Positions 9,155 to 18,748 of a stretch of DNA of 64,000 nucleotides are shown here, one piece after another. Every line of letters begins with the position of its first letter. Position 1 is the stretch's first letter. A program made the position numbers and the translations under genes. Source of the DNA: an uncultured bacterium (GTDB lineage: Bacteria > Verrucomicrobiota > Verrucomicrobiia > Verrucomicrobiales > DEV007); assembly GCA_963977015.1 (NCBI GenBank), contig CAXBMO010000009.1, positions 32,001 through 96,000 on the forward strand. The letters run 5' to 3'. The notes beneath the pieces are model-generated. The model searched no databases, was not told the origin of the DNA, and was given only the letters and a program-made list of their open reading frames with translations.

Positions 9155-10525
9155 TTATTTAAAATAACGCTCCAAAACCGCCCGCTCGCTTGGCAACAAA
9201 TTCGAGTCCCAGACGGTTTCCCCACCCTGCCCCACGGAATTCACCGGACCTCCCTGAGTCGGACCGACGGGAGATTCGTCGATGTCATGCTCCGCCGTTC
9301 CCTCTGCGATCACTTCGCCCGGAGCGGCCCGCGATACATCCAGGTTTTGGACTTCTTCCGGCTTGTTGGTGCTGAGATTGGACTCTTCATCATTGTGGAA
9401 CATGGGGGCATCTCCTTTTCCCCGCGTAATTCCCCCTTGGCCCGGTTTCATTCCTTCTCTCCAGCCTTCGCCAAAGAGCAGCTTCATCAATTCATCCTCA
9501 TCTTCCATTTTGCTCCCCCATCCAGCGCCCTGTCCCTGGCCTTCCCCCTGCCCTTCGCCTTCACCCATCATCTCGCGAAGGGCTTGGGCATTCTGTTGCA
9601 TCGCCTTCCGCAATTGCTCCATCTGCTCGGCGGTCATTTGCTGCATTTGTGCCGGATCAATTTTCTTCAGCGCATCCATCATCTCTGAATTGGCGGGCAA
9701 GTTCCCAAATTCCATTCCTTTCAGCGCGTTGCTGAACTCCTGCATGAGCTGATCCTTGGCCGACTCGCTCATGGCATCGGAATATTTCTCCAATGCCCCC
9801 AGGCTCCGCTCCGCCGTCGAAAGGTTCTTCTCCATGTCGTTGATGGATCGCTGCAGACTTTCGCGAAGAGAGTCCGTCGCCTCCAGACTGCTGTGACTGA
9901 ACCACTCATCCTCCGGCCGGTCTCGTAAGGCTCCGATTTGCTCGAGGATCTCATCAACCTTCTCTTCCTCTGCGACTTCTTCCTCCTTCAACTCTTCCAA
10001 CCATTCCTCCATTTCTTCCCAAGCAATCGGCTCGTTCGGCGATTTTGCCTTCGCTTCGATGGGCTCAACCGGAATCAGAAATGCGGCAGCCACCAAGGTG
10101 ATGGCGAGAGCCGGCGGAATGACAAGTCGGCTCCAATTCCAGGCGAAGCCATCGGTCAGGCTCGGCTTCATAGGCGGGTCAGGCCATGGCGCAATCTCGG
10201 CGTCGGCCGCGGAAAGCGCGTTGTGCAGCTTCATCTCGCTTTCCAATCTGACGGCGGCCTCTTTGGTGGTGATGAATCGTCGGCGCGCAACAAACCAGGC
10301 AATGATCGGCAAACCGAGCAGAACCCCGATCGCGATGTAGGCAGCAATCTCCTTGTTCTCCTCAAACCAGATCTGCGTCCGGAAATAAAGGAGCCAACTC
10401 GCAGCAAGAACGCCAAAGCCGATACTGATCGGCCCGAGTATTTCGAGCCACCAACCCACATTCACCTTGCGCCGGGTTTTCGAAATTGCGCTGCGCCACT
10501 CTCGTGCTCGTTGCTGCTGCGTCAT
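9155..10525 (-). CDS. Hypothetical membrane-anchored coiled-coil protein with Gly/Gln-rich C-terminus
   Basis: Three N-terminal TM segments, acidic coiled coil, GGITRGKG, terminal LLPSERAVLERYFK. Confidence 0.85.
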   Translation of the reverse strand: MTQQQRAREWRSAISKTRRKVNVGWWLEILGPISIGFGVLAASWLLYFRTQIWFEENKEIAAYIAIGVLLGLPIIAWFVARRRFITTKEAAVRLESEMKLHNALSAADAEIAPWPDPPMKPSLTDGFAWNWSRLVIPPALAITLVAAAFLIPVEPIEAKAKSPNEPIAWEEMEEWLEELKEEEVAEEEKVDEILEQIGALRDRPEDEWFSHSSLEATDSLRESLQRSINDMEKNLSTAERSLGALEKYSDAMSESAKDQLMQEFSNALKGMEFGNLPANSEMMDALKKIDPAQMQQMTAEQMEQLRKAMQQNAQALREMMGEGEGQGEGQGQGAGWGSKMEDEDELMKLLFGEGWREGMKPGQGGITRGKGDAPMFHNDEESNLSTNKPEEVQNLDVSRAAPGEVIAEGTAEHDIDESPVGPTQGGPVNSVGQGGETVWDSNLLPSERAVLERYFK

Positions 10526-10537
10526 CGTAAACTCAGA

Positions 10538-10921
10538 CTAACGGACTTCTGATTCCGTTGCAATCGAACGCTTGGATGAATCAAGCGGGACAGGAATTGC
10601 CTCACAGGAATCCCGCCAGCCAGGAAAATTCCATTCGTTTGGAAAACCGCGGCACTGAGCCGGTTTGGCGGAATTGACGGTGCAATCGATTCCGTCCAGA
10701 AAGACGCACTCGCCATTCTCTTTTTCCGTCAACGTCAGCCCGGTCCGGTTTTCGCGAAGAGCCGTGTATTCCGCAACAAAATCGTAGAGCGACACGTTCT
10801 TAAACTTCGCCAATGCTTCCAAGTCTTCCTCAGTCAAAACCACCTCCCCAGGCCAGCGGCAACAATTCCCGCAGCGCTGGCATTGGTAAAACACATCTCT
10901 GGATTCCGAAGAGGCTGGCAT
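10538..10921 (-). CDS. YkgJ/CxxCxxCC zinc- or iron-chelating cysteine cluster protein
   Basis: CQRCGNCC, CVFL...C.V...KP.QCRGFP; start uncertain. Confidence 0.88.
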   Translation of the reverse strand: MPASSESRDVFYQCQRCGNCCRWPGEVVLTEEDLEALAKFKNVSLYDFVAEYTALRENRTGLTLTEKENGECVFLDGIDCTVNSAKPAQCRGFPNEWNFPGWRDSCEAIPVPLDSSKRSIATESEVR

Positions 10922-11055
10922 GGAGGAACTAAACCGCGTTGAGCATTTCGCGCAAGCAACCGGAACCATGGCAATTTTCAATTTCCTCCAGAGAAAAGCC
11001 AAAAAAACATGGAAATTCAGAACGATCTACGTCAGAAAAGGAACAGACTTCAGTC

Positions 11056-11100
11056 AAAGGTAAAATGATTTGACAATAATGACCTTTTCCTTGAGTTAAT
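11056..11100 (+). promoter_or_regulatory. Putative mre operon promoter with an imperfect palindrome around the -35
   Basis: TTGACA at 11070-11075 flanked by AAAGGT...ACCTTT. Confidence 0.35.
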
Positions 11101-11246
11101 TGCCTCTGCAGGCGCCCGGTTTGGTGCCTGTGGAACCCTTCGCCGAAGAGGCCAGAATGCCTCCAAGAAACACACCCACATGGTTGCCCAGGTTACTGAT
11201 ATTTGGCGATCCAACGATTTGCCCAGGCTTTAAGCTTCATCACTAG

Positions 11247-12275
11247 ATGTTTGGAAAACTATTCGGAGTATTTTCGAACGACATCGGGATCGATCTCGGA
11301 ACCGCCAATACCTTGGTCAACGTCAAGGACCACGGCATTGTTCTACGGGAACCCTCTGTTGTCGCAGTTCAAGCAGGAACCAACAAGGTCCTTGCTGTCG
11401 GAGACGATGCAAAACGCATGCTCGGACGGACCCCCGGTAATATTGTCGCAATCCGGCCATTGAAAGATGGGGTGATTGCCGACTTCGAGGTGACCGAAGC
11501 CATGCTTCGCCACTTCATCCGCAAGGTCCACTCCCGAAAAGGCTTTGTCCGGCCTCGAGTCGTCATCGCTGTTCCTTCCGGAATTACCGAAGTCGAGAAG
11601 CGAGCGGTTCGGGAATCTGCCCAAAACGCAGGTGCTCGGGAAGTGTTCCTGATCGAAGAGCCCATGGCAGCGGCGATCGGAGTTGGCCTCCCGGTGCAGG
11701 ACGCATCCGGCAACATGATCGTGGACATTGGTGGGGGAACCACTGAAGTGGCTCTGATTTCCCTTTCCGGTATCGTTTACAGCAGAAGCGTCCGAGTCGC
11801 GGGTGATGAATTGGACGAAGCGATCGTCCAGTATCTGAAGCGAGCCTACAATCTGATGGTCGGCGAACGAACGGCTGAAGAGATCAAGATCCGGATTGGA
11901 TCGGCTTACCCTCAAGGCAAAGAGGCTTCAATGGAAGTGAAAGGTCGCGACTTGGTCGCCGGTCTGCCCAAGACGATCAAGATCACGTCCCAAGAAGTTC
12001 GCGAGGCGATGCTCGATCCCCTCAATACGATTATTGACTCCGTTCGCGTCACACTGGAACGCTGTCCTCCGGAACTTTCTGCGGATTTGGTCGATCGAGG
12101 ACTCGTTTTGGCCGGTGGTGGCGCCCTGCTTCGCGGGCTCGACAAACTCCTTACGGAAGAGACTGGCCTGCCAGTACACGTGGCTGAAGATCCCCTGAGT
12201 GCTGTAGCTGAAGGTGCAGGCAAAGTCCTCAACGAACTGTCCTTCCTCAAAAAAGTGGCCAATCTCGACGGGTGA
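11247..12275 (+). CDS. mreB: Rod shape-determining protein MreB
   Basis: [42 protein letters not shown]. Confidence 0.98.
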   Translation: MFGKLFGVFSNDIGIDLGTANTLVNVKDHGIVLREPSVVAVQAGTNKVLAVGDDAKRMLGRTPGNIVAIRPLKDGVIADFEVTEAMLRHFIRKVHSRKGFVRPRVVIAVPSGITEVEKRAVRESAQNAGAREVFLIEEPMAAAIGVGLPVQDASGNMIVDIGGGTTEVALISLSGIVYSRSVRVAGDELDEAIVQYLKRAYNLMVGERTAEEIKIRIGSAYPQGKEASMEVKGRDLVAGLPKTIKITSQEVREAMLDPLNTIIDSVRVTLERCPPELSADLVDRGLVLAGGGALLRGLDKLLTEETGLPVHVAEDPLSAVAEGAGKVLNELSFLKKVANLDG

Positions 12276-12348
12276 TTTTCACCTTTTCAAATACGACCTC
12301 TTTTCAAGTTGGCTGCGCTAAGCTAAATTCATCCCGAATCTACAACCA

Positions 12349-13218
12349 ATGAGTCGGGTCAACATCATAGCCCTTGCCGTTTTGGTGGCGATTGTTGTCT
12401 GGGTGCTCACCTGGGGTGATAATGCAATCCAAGGATGGCAGCGGGGAGCGCTTTCAGCGGCGACACCTTTGATCAAAACCCGACACAACGTCGAGGCACA
12501 GACTCAAAAATTTTCCCAAGCTCAAACGCCGAGGAAAGAGCTCGAAGATCAGATTCAGCGGCTCACCGAAGAAGTGAAGCAACTCCGGATCGAAAACGAC
12601 GCGGTTGAACGACTCTACGAGGAGAACGCCCGCCTTCGCCAAATGCTGGCACTGAAGAAGATGCCGAGTTTTGAGTTGGTCGCTGCCGAAGTCATCGGGC
12701 GGGAGACGGCAACTTGGTATCATACCATTGTGATTGATAAGGGGACCGAACACGGCCTGAAGGAAAACGACCCCATCATTATCGACAGCGGTTTGGTCGG
12801 GAAGGTCGCGCTCGCTTCCGAGAAGACGTCAACGGTTCTCCTGTTGACCGATGAGGCGTGTAAGGTAACGGCCCGGGTCATGGGAACTGATCAGCGCGGA
12901 ATCATGCACGGTCAGGGAAATCGCAGTTTGGGCGACAATCGAGAAGTGATGATGGGACAGGGAACCGTGAGCGGAGAACGCGGAGGCATCAACAATCAGC
13001 CAACTCTGCGCCTTCGCTACCTGGACAAGACGTCGCCGATTACTCCCGGAATGGATGTGATCAGCTCCGGGCAAGGACTCGTGTTCCCGCCCAACCTGGC
13101 CCTCGGCAAGGTCAAATCCGTTCACCCGGGTGACATCACCACCGAAGCGGAAATTGAGCCCAGCGTCGATTTTTCAAACTTGGACTTCGTGTTCGCCATC
13201 ATCGGAACCAAGAAATGA
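12349..13218 (+). CDS. mreC: Rod shape-determining protein MreC
   Basis: N-terminal TM, coiled coil ENARLRQML, IDKG..HG, GLVGKV, SSG.G.VFP; follows mreB. Confidence 0.93.
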   Translation: MSRVNIIALAVLVAIVVWVLTWGDNAIQGWQRGALSAATPLIKTRHNVEAQTQKFSQAQTPRKELEDQIQRLTEEVKQLRIENDAVERLYEENARLRQMLALKKMPSFELVAAEVIGRETATWYHTIVIDKGTEHGLKENDPIIIDSGLVGKVALASEKTSTVLLLTDEACKVTARVMGTDQRGIMHGQGNRSLGDNREVMMGQGTVSGERGGINNQPTLRLRYLDKTSPITPGMDVISSGQGLVFPPNLALGKVKSVHPGDITTEAEIEPSVDFSNLDFVFAIIGTKK

Positions 13219-13781
13219 TCTTTTCGGCGCTCATGTTCGTCTTTCTGATCCTGGCGATGATGATCCAGGAGTTTCTCCCCGTCTTGGGCTTGGGCGGCAT
13301 CAAGATTCTGATTCTGATGCCCTGGTCTTTCTTTTACGTCATCGCACTCACGGTCCCCTACCCCGTAATGCTGTTTTTTGCCCTCGCCACGGGTTTGATG
13401 TGGGACGCCCGGCATGGCCTGCCCCTTGAGTCACCACTCCCGTTCGGCACGAGAGTCATCTTGTTCGCGCTGATGGGCTCATTCATGCAGGGAATCCGCC
13501 CCTTGTTTCAACGTGGGCATTGGTTCCTCCCAATCATTATGGTTGGGCTGGCCGTCCTCTTTCAGCGCATCAGCGAATTTCTTCTCATTAGTTTTGCCGC
13601 CGGTGAATTCCAGTTTTCCGCCGAAATCTGGATGACGATGATCGCAACTTCGCTGGCCGCCATGTTGATGGCACCTTTTTTGTTAATTATCATCAGCCGG
13701 GTTGCCAAACGGTGCGGTTACCAGCTAGAATTCGAACAGTTCATGTTCAGAAGAGCCTACAGCCATGGTCACCAGATTTAA
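13215..13781 (+). CDS. mreD: MreD-like membrane protein
   Basis: Multi-TM with GLMWD motif; between mreC and PBP2; ATGA overlap with mreC. Confidence 0.75.
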   Translation: MIFSALMFVFLILAMMIQEFLPVLGLGGIKILILMPWSFFYVIALTVPYPVMLFFALATGLMWDARHGLPLESPLPFGTRVILFALMGSFMQGIRPLFQRGHWFLPIIMVGLAVLFQRISEFLLISFAAGEFQFSAEIWMTMIATSLAAMLMAPFLLIIISRVAKRCGYQLEFEQFMFRRAYSHGHQI

Positions 13782-16170
13782 GCTCCGAATCTATCTGCTC
13801 GCGATTCTGGTCGTGACCGGAATGGGTATTCTGGTTCACCGGCTCTACAGCGTTCAGATCGTTCAGCATGAAGAATGGGTGAGCCAGCTTCCCGGAGAAA
13901 AGGAAGTCACGGTCCGGGTTCCCGGTGTACGTGGTGAAATCCTCGATCGCAATGGAGAAGTCCTAGCCACCAATGAGGCCAGTTACGAGGTGATCTTCGA
14001 TCTCAAATCGATCATCGATAACTACAAGGACAACTTTGAGAATGTTCCGATGACGTTCTTCGACGCGAAAGTATCGGGAATGCAGCGGGAAAAACGGGAA
14101 GCGGATATTCTTCACATTGTTGAGGAAACCGTGCTGCCCAAGATGATGCAGATTGGGTTGGCCACGGATTTCAACTCGCGGCAGCTACAAATTCACTACC
14201 GAAGCACCAGCGGTATTGTTCCCTACACCTATCGCCGGGATTTGACGTTCGAAGACTTTGCCATGTTTGCCGAAAACGACTTTGACGTCCCCGGCGTCGA
14301 TGTCGCCGTCAAACCCAGCCGAATTTATCTCTATGACTCCCTGGCATGCCATCTCCTGGGCTACGTCAATCTCCCAGACATCCAAACAGTCCCAAAAGAT
14401 AAGAGGCTTGAGTTCGATCATTACGTTCCCGATGACTACGGCGGGGCCGGGATCGAAAAAAGCATGGACGAGTACCTTCAGGGCAAGCCTGGCAAGCGGG
14501 TGCTGCGTCGCGATGAGAAGGGAATCATCCGCAACGAAATATCCTACGAATCGCCGAAACAGGGCGCCAACGTTTACCTGACGATTGACGCAAAGATTCA
14601 ATACATTGCGGAACAGGCGATGCGGAACATCCTGCCAAAAGAAGATGGCACTTCCGGCCGTGGCGCCGTCGTGGTTATGGATCCCCGAAATGGCGACATT
14701 TTGGCCATGGTCTCGGTCCCTTCCTACAATCCAAACAATTTTGTGCCTTCGGTTTCTCCTGATGACTGGAAGCGATACTCCACCGATCGCTCTGCTCCGA
14801 TGTATAATCGTGCGCTAAGCCAACATGCGCCTGGCTCCACCTTCAAAATTCCGATCGCGCTTGCCGGATGTTTGTCAGACTCCCATCGCCGCAATTTTTA
14901 CTGTGGAGGCGGGGTCCAATACGGCGCAAAATTCATGAAGTGCTGGATTTTGAGCAAGGGCGGAAGACATGGCTCCATCAATCTCAGCGACGCGATCAAG
15001 AAGTCCTGCAATTGCTACTTCTACCAATACGGCAATCACACCGGCATCAATAACATTGTCGAGGTCACCAGCAAAATGGGGCTGGGTCGTAAAACCGGTA
15101 TCCCATTGGATGGGGAAGCCCCGGGACTCGTCCCGAGTCCAAACTGGCTGAAGCTCCAGGGTCAACTTTGGAGCGACGCCTTCACCGCAATGACCTCCAT
15201 CGGTCAGGGGTTCGCGGAAGCGACACCATTGCAGATGGCAGCCGCCACCTGCACGGTCGCCAACGGTGGCAAAGTCTATCAACCTCGCCTGATTAAGAAA
15301 ATCGTCGACAAGGATGGCCCGGAGCGCCGCAAGTTGGTTGAGAAGGTTCGCGCAGGTCAAAGTATGGACGACGTAGCTCAAGAGACAGGAGCATTACGCA
15401 GCGAAGTCGAAACTTGGGTCAAGCGAGCCGAAGGCAAGGACCTGGATGAGGTTGCCTGGAATGAACTCGTGCCCGATGAACCCCAACTGAAATATGACCT
15501 TTCCGAGGAAGGGCTGACCAAGGACGAACTGGAACTGGTCAAGCGTGGCATGTATAAGGTCGTCAATGAAGCTGGCGGAACCGCAAGGCGGGCCAAATCA
15601 GAGGACTTTATCGTTTCCGGAAAAACGGGAACGGCACAAAGTGGGAAGCCGTCTGAGCCCACCAATGCCTGGTTTATTTCTTTTGCACCCTACGAAGAGC
15701 CCGAATTGGCCGTTTGTGTCTTTGTACACAACGGTGATTCAGGTGGTAGGTGCGGCGCTCCCATTGCGGGGCGAATCTTAAAGGAAACGATGGCGATGAA
15801 ATTGGGCAAACGCGATATTGCTCTCGCACCTCTGAAAGAGGCAACGGGGCATTTCGAGCGCGTCCTACTCGTCGACTTCGACAATACGGGTCTTGATAAT
15901 TTCATGGACGGCGATGACGCCGACGGATTGGTAGAACTCCCCGAAGGAATGACTCCTTCTTCTGACGGTTCTTCCAGTTCTTCACGATCAACTTATCATT
16001 CACCATCGATCACCCAAACGGCCGATCAACGGGGATCCGTAGCCCAAAAACAAAAAGTCTATCAAGCCAAGAAAGTGGACAAATGGAAAGATGTCCGCCA
16101 ACCAGTTCCTGCACAGCGTCCCAAGGGAGTCTTGAACAAATTGTTCGGAGGGAAGAAGAAAAACCGATGA
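13765..16170 (+). CDS. mrdA: Penicillin-binding protein 2 (class B)
   Basis: RGEILDRNG, G..GIE, PGSTFK (SxxK), SCN (SxN), KTGTAQ. Confidence 0.95.
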   Translation: MVTRFKLRIYLLAILVVTGMGILVHRLYSVQIVQHEEWVSQLPGEKEVTVRVPGVRGEILDRNGEVLATNEASYEVIFDLKSIIDNYKDNFENVPMTFFDAKVSGMQREKREADILHIVEETVLPKMMQIGLATDFNSRQLQIHYRSTSGIVPYTYRRDLTFEDFAMFAENDFDVPGVDVAVKPSRIYLYDSLACHLLGYVNLPDIQTVPKDKRLEFDHYVPDDYGGAGIEKSMDEYLQGKPGKRVLRRDEKGIIRNEISYESPKQGANVYLTIDAKIQYIAEQAMRNILPKEDGTSGRGAVVVMDPRNGDILAMVSVPSYNPNNFVPSVSPDDWKRYSTDRSAPMYNRALSQHAPGSTFKIPIALAGCLSDSHRRNFYCGGGVQYGAKFMKCWILSKGGRHGSINLSDAIKKSCNCYFYQYGNHTGINNIVEVTSKMGLGRKTGIPLDGEAPGLVPSPNWLKLQGQLWSDAFTAMTSIGQGFAEATPLQMAAATCTVANGGKVYQPRLIKKIVDKDGPERRKLVEKVRAGQSMDDVAQETGALRSEVETWVKRAEGKDLDEVAWNELVPDEPQLKYDLSEEGLTKDELELVKRGMYKVVNEAGGTARRAKSEDFIVSGKTGTAQSGKPSEPTNAWFISFAPYEEPELAVCVFVHNGDSGGRCGAPIAGRILKETMAMKLGKRDIALAPLKEATGHFERVLLVDFDNTGLDNFMDGDDADGLVELPEGMTPSSDGSSSSSRSTYHSPSITQTADQRGSVAQKQKVYQAKKVDKWKDVRQPVPAQRPKGVLNKLFGGKKKNR

Positions 16171-16290
16171 ATCATCAATTCTTCTCTCGCCCCCCTGTCG
16201 TCCCCGAAGTCCTTCTCTTGATGAAGTTTCGCGATGTTGTTTCAAGGAACGGAATTGGTTTGAACCCTTGTGAATCTTTGAACCAACCGA

Positions 16291-17877
16291 ATGTTGAAAC
16301 GAATCAGAAAACTCTTTGGAGGTAAGCGACTTAATGAAGGAACGAGAATCGTCATTAACTGTGAAAAGCTTGAGAACCGGGTAGCCCTTCTCGAACATGG
16401 CTCCGTTGAAGAATACGGAGTCGAACGCGCCAACGAGGAGAATATCGTTGGCTCGATTTTTAAAGGCAAAATCAAGAACATTGAACCCGGCCTGAAGGCC
16501 ATGTTCGTGGATATTGGTTTGGAAAAAAACGCATTCCTCCACTTCTGGGATGCCATTCCGCAAGCGCTCGAAGATCTACAGAACGAACACGACGAGACGC
16601 TGGAAGAAGTCCGCAAGCCGAAGAAAAAGCAGCAAAAGCGAATCTCGGCGAAGGACATTCCATCTCTCTATCCGATCGGGTCTGAAGTGATGGTTCAGGT
16701 GAGCAAGGGACCGATTGGCAGTAAGGGGCCTCGAATCACCACCAACATTTCGCTTCCCGGCCGATTCATGGTGTTGATGCCACGAAACGATCAGTTTGGT
16801 ATTTCGCGCCGAATTGATGATCCCAAAGAACGCGCCCGCCTTCGCAAGATCATGGAGCGCCTTGAGCTTCCCGATCACATGGGCATCATCCTGCGGACCG
16901 TTTGCCAAGGCCAACGGCTGCGCTATTTCATCCGCGACCTCAGCATTCTTCTGGAGCAATGGGAGAAGATTGAAGACGAGTATGACGACAATCCGGCGCC
17001 CCACTGCGTGTTCCGCGAACCCGATGTGATTGAGCGAACCGTTCGCGACTTTCTGACCGAGGACGTTGAGGAAGTGATCATCGACGACCCGGAGATGGCG
17101 GAACGCATGAAGGACCTCGTCGGGCAGATTTCCCGTCGTTCCCGCAACCGAATCAGTCTCTACAATTCGCCGGAGCCGATCTTCGAAAAGTTCGGAATCC
17201 AGCGCCAGATTGACGACGCCTTTTACCGCCAGGTCTGGCTGCCCTGTGGCGGCTATCTGGTGATCGACGAAACGGAAGCATTGATCACGGTCGACGTGAA
17301 CACCGGCCGGAACAAGGGCACGGGTGACAGGATGATTCTGGAAACAAACCTGGAGGCAGCGGAAGAAGTCGCTCGTCAATTGCGCTTGCGGAACATCGGC
17401 GGATTGATCGTGGTCGACTTCATCGACATGCGCAGCCGCAAAGATCAACAGCAGGTTTACAAAGTGGTGAAGGAACGCCTTCGGCTCGACAAGGCCAAGA
17501 CCCAGGCCCTTCCCATTTCCCAGCTTGGTCTTCTCGAGATGACTCGTCAGCGTCTCAATGAAAGCCTCAGCGTCACCACAAGCGAGCAGTGCTCCTACTG
17601 CTCAGGGAAAGGCGTGGTCATGTCCACCATGACCATGAGTGTTGAAATCCAACGGAAAATCAACGCGCTGATGTATCGCAAAAAAGGCGGCGTCAACAAT
17701 CTCCTCATCGTGGTTCATCCGGAAGTTCTGCAACGGCTCAAATCTGAGGATACCGAGCACATTGTCGATCTGGAACGCCGCCATCAGGCCCGGTTTACGT
17801 TCCGGAGTGATCCTTCCTACCATCGCGAGCAAATCATGATCGCGGATGCAGATACGGGTGAAGAGTTTCGGATCTAG
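16291..17877 (+). CDS. Rne/Rng family ribonuclease (RNase G-sized)
   Basis: S1 region AMFVDIG..KNAFLH, VDVNTG, RQLRLRNIGGLIVVDFIDM, EMTRQR, CSYCSGKG. Confidence 0.95.
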   Translation: MLKRIRKLFGGKRLNEGTRIVINCEKLENRVALLEHGSVEEYGVERANEENIVGSIFKGKIKNIEPGLKAMFVDIGLEKNAFLHFWDAIPQALEDLQNEHDETLEEVRKPKKKQQKRISAKDIPSLYPIGSEVMVQVSKGPIGSKGPRITTNISLPGRFMVLMPRNDQFGISRRIDDPKERARLRKIMERLELPDHMGIILRTVCQGQRLRYFIRDLSILLEQWEKIEDEYDDNPAPHCVFREPDVIERTVRDFLTEDVEEVIIDDPEMAERMKDLVGQISRRSRNRISLYNSPEPIFEKFGIQRQIDDAFYRQVWLPCGGYLVIDETEALITVDVNTGRNKGTGDRMILETNLEAAEEVARQLRLRNIGGLIVVDFIDMRSRKDQQQVYKVVKERLRLDKAKTQALPISQLGLLEMTRQRLNESLSVTTSEQCSYCSGKGVVMSTMTMSVEIQRKINALMYRKKGGVNNLLIVVHPEVLQRLKSEDTEHIVDLERRHQARFTFRSDPSYHREQIMIADADTGEEFRI

Positions 17878-17900
17878 GATTCCGCACCGCCGAATCACGA

Positions 17901-18623
17901 ATGCAAGCCGATCAAATTCTCGCGGCCACTGATCAACTTTGCCAACGCCTCAAGAAATTGAGGGTTGGCGAGCCGGTCACCCATGTCTACAACCCGCTGG
18001 AATATGCGCGGGCGCCGCACGAAGCCTACCTCCGCCAATACGGAAATTCTTCCAAGAAGGTTCTGATGTTAGGGATGAATCCAGGTCCCTGGGGAATGGC
18101 CCAAACCGGGGTGCCGTTTGGAGAGATTCCCGCCGTGAGGGATTGGCTCGGAATTCACGAAACGGTCAAGAAACCTCGTGTCGAAAACCCAAAACGCCCG
18201 ATTGAAGGATTCGACTGCACGCGGTCGGAAGTCAGCGGCCGGCGATTGTGGGGGCTCTTCGCCGAACGATTCGAGTCAGCCGACGCCTTCTTTCAGGACC
18301 ACTTCGTCTTGAACTATTGCCCGCTCGTCTTCATGGCGGAAACCGGTCGCAACATCACACCTGACAAGTTATCCGCGAAGGAAACCGCCGCCATCCAGCA
18401 GGCTTGCGACGAATATTTGGCCGTCTGCTTTTCGGTTTTGGCGCCCGAGTGGCTCATTGGTGTGGGAGCCTATGCGGAGACCGCGCTGAAGCGTGTGGCC
18501 GAGACAGCCGGCTACTCGGCCAAGTTGGGCAGAGTTCTCCATCCGAGCCCCGCCAGCCCCGCCGCGAATCGCGGATGGAGCGAAGCCGCGACGAAGCAAC
18601 TCGAAGCCTTGGGAGTGTGGTAG
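17901..18623 (+). CDS. SMUG1-type uracil-DNA glycosylase
   Basis: YNPLEYA, GMNPGPWGMAQTGVPFG, SEVSGRRLW, HPSPASP. Confidence 0.95.
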   Translation: MQADQILAATDQLCQRLKKLRVGEPVTHVYNPLEYARAPHEAYLRQYGNSSKKVLMLGMNPGPWGMAQTGVPFGEIPAVRDWLGIHETVKKPRVENPKRPIEGFDCTRSEVSGRRLWGLFAERFESADAFFQDHFVLNYCPLVFMAETGRNITPDKLSAKETAAIQQACDEYLAVCFSVLAPEWLIGVGAYAETALKRVAETAGYSAKLGRVLHPSPASPAANRGWSEAATKQLEALGVW

Positions 18624-18748
18624 AATTCGATCCAGAAATTGTAACTGCGGGATTCGGTCAAATCTGGCCGATTCAGGTTCTGAAGCTTGTGTTCCAAGCA
18701 CGAGACTGCTAACTAATCTATCGAGTAAACGAACCCGACCAGCCTACA

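Noticed and set aside
16167-16325. Small ORF MNHQFFSR... starting in an ATGA overlap with the mrdA stop
   Set aside because: No motif, not RodA-like, and overlaps the RNase start out of frame; cannot be supported.
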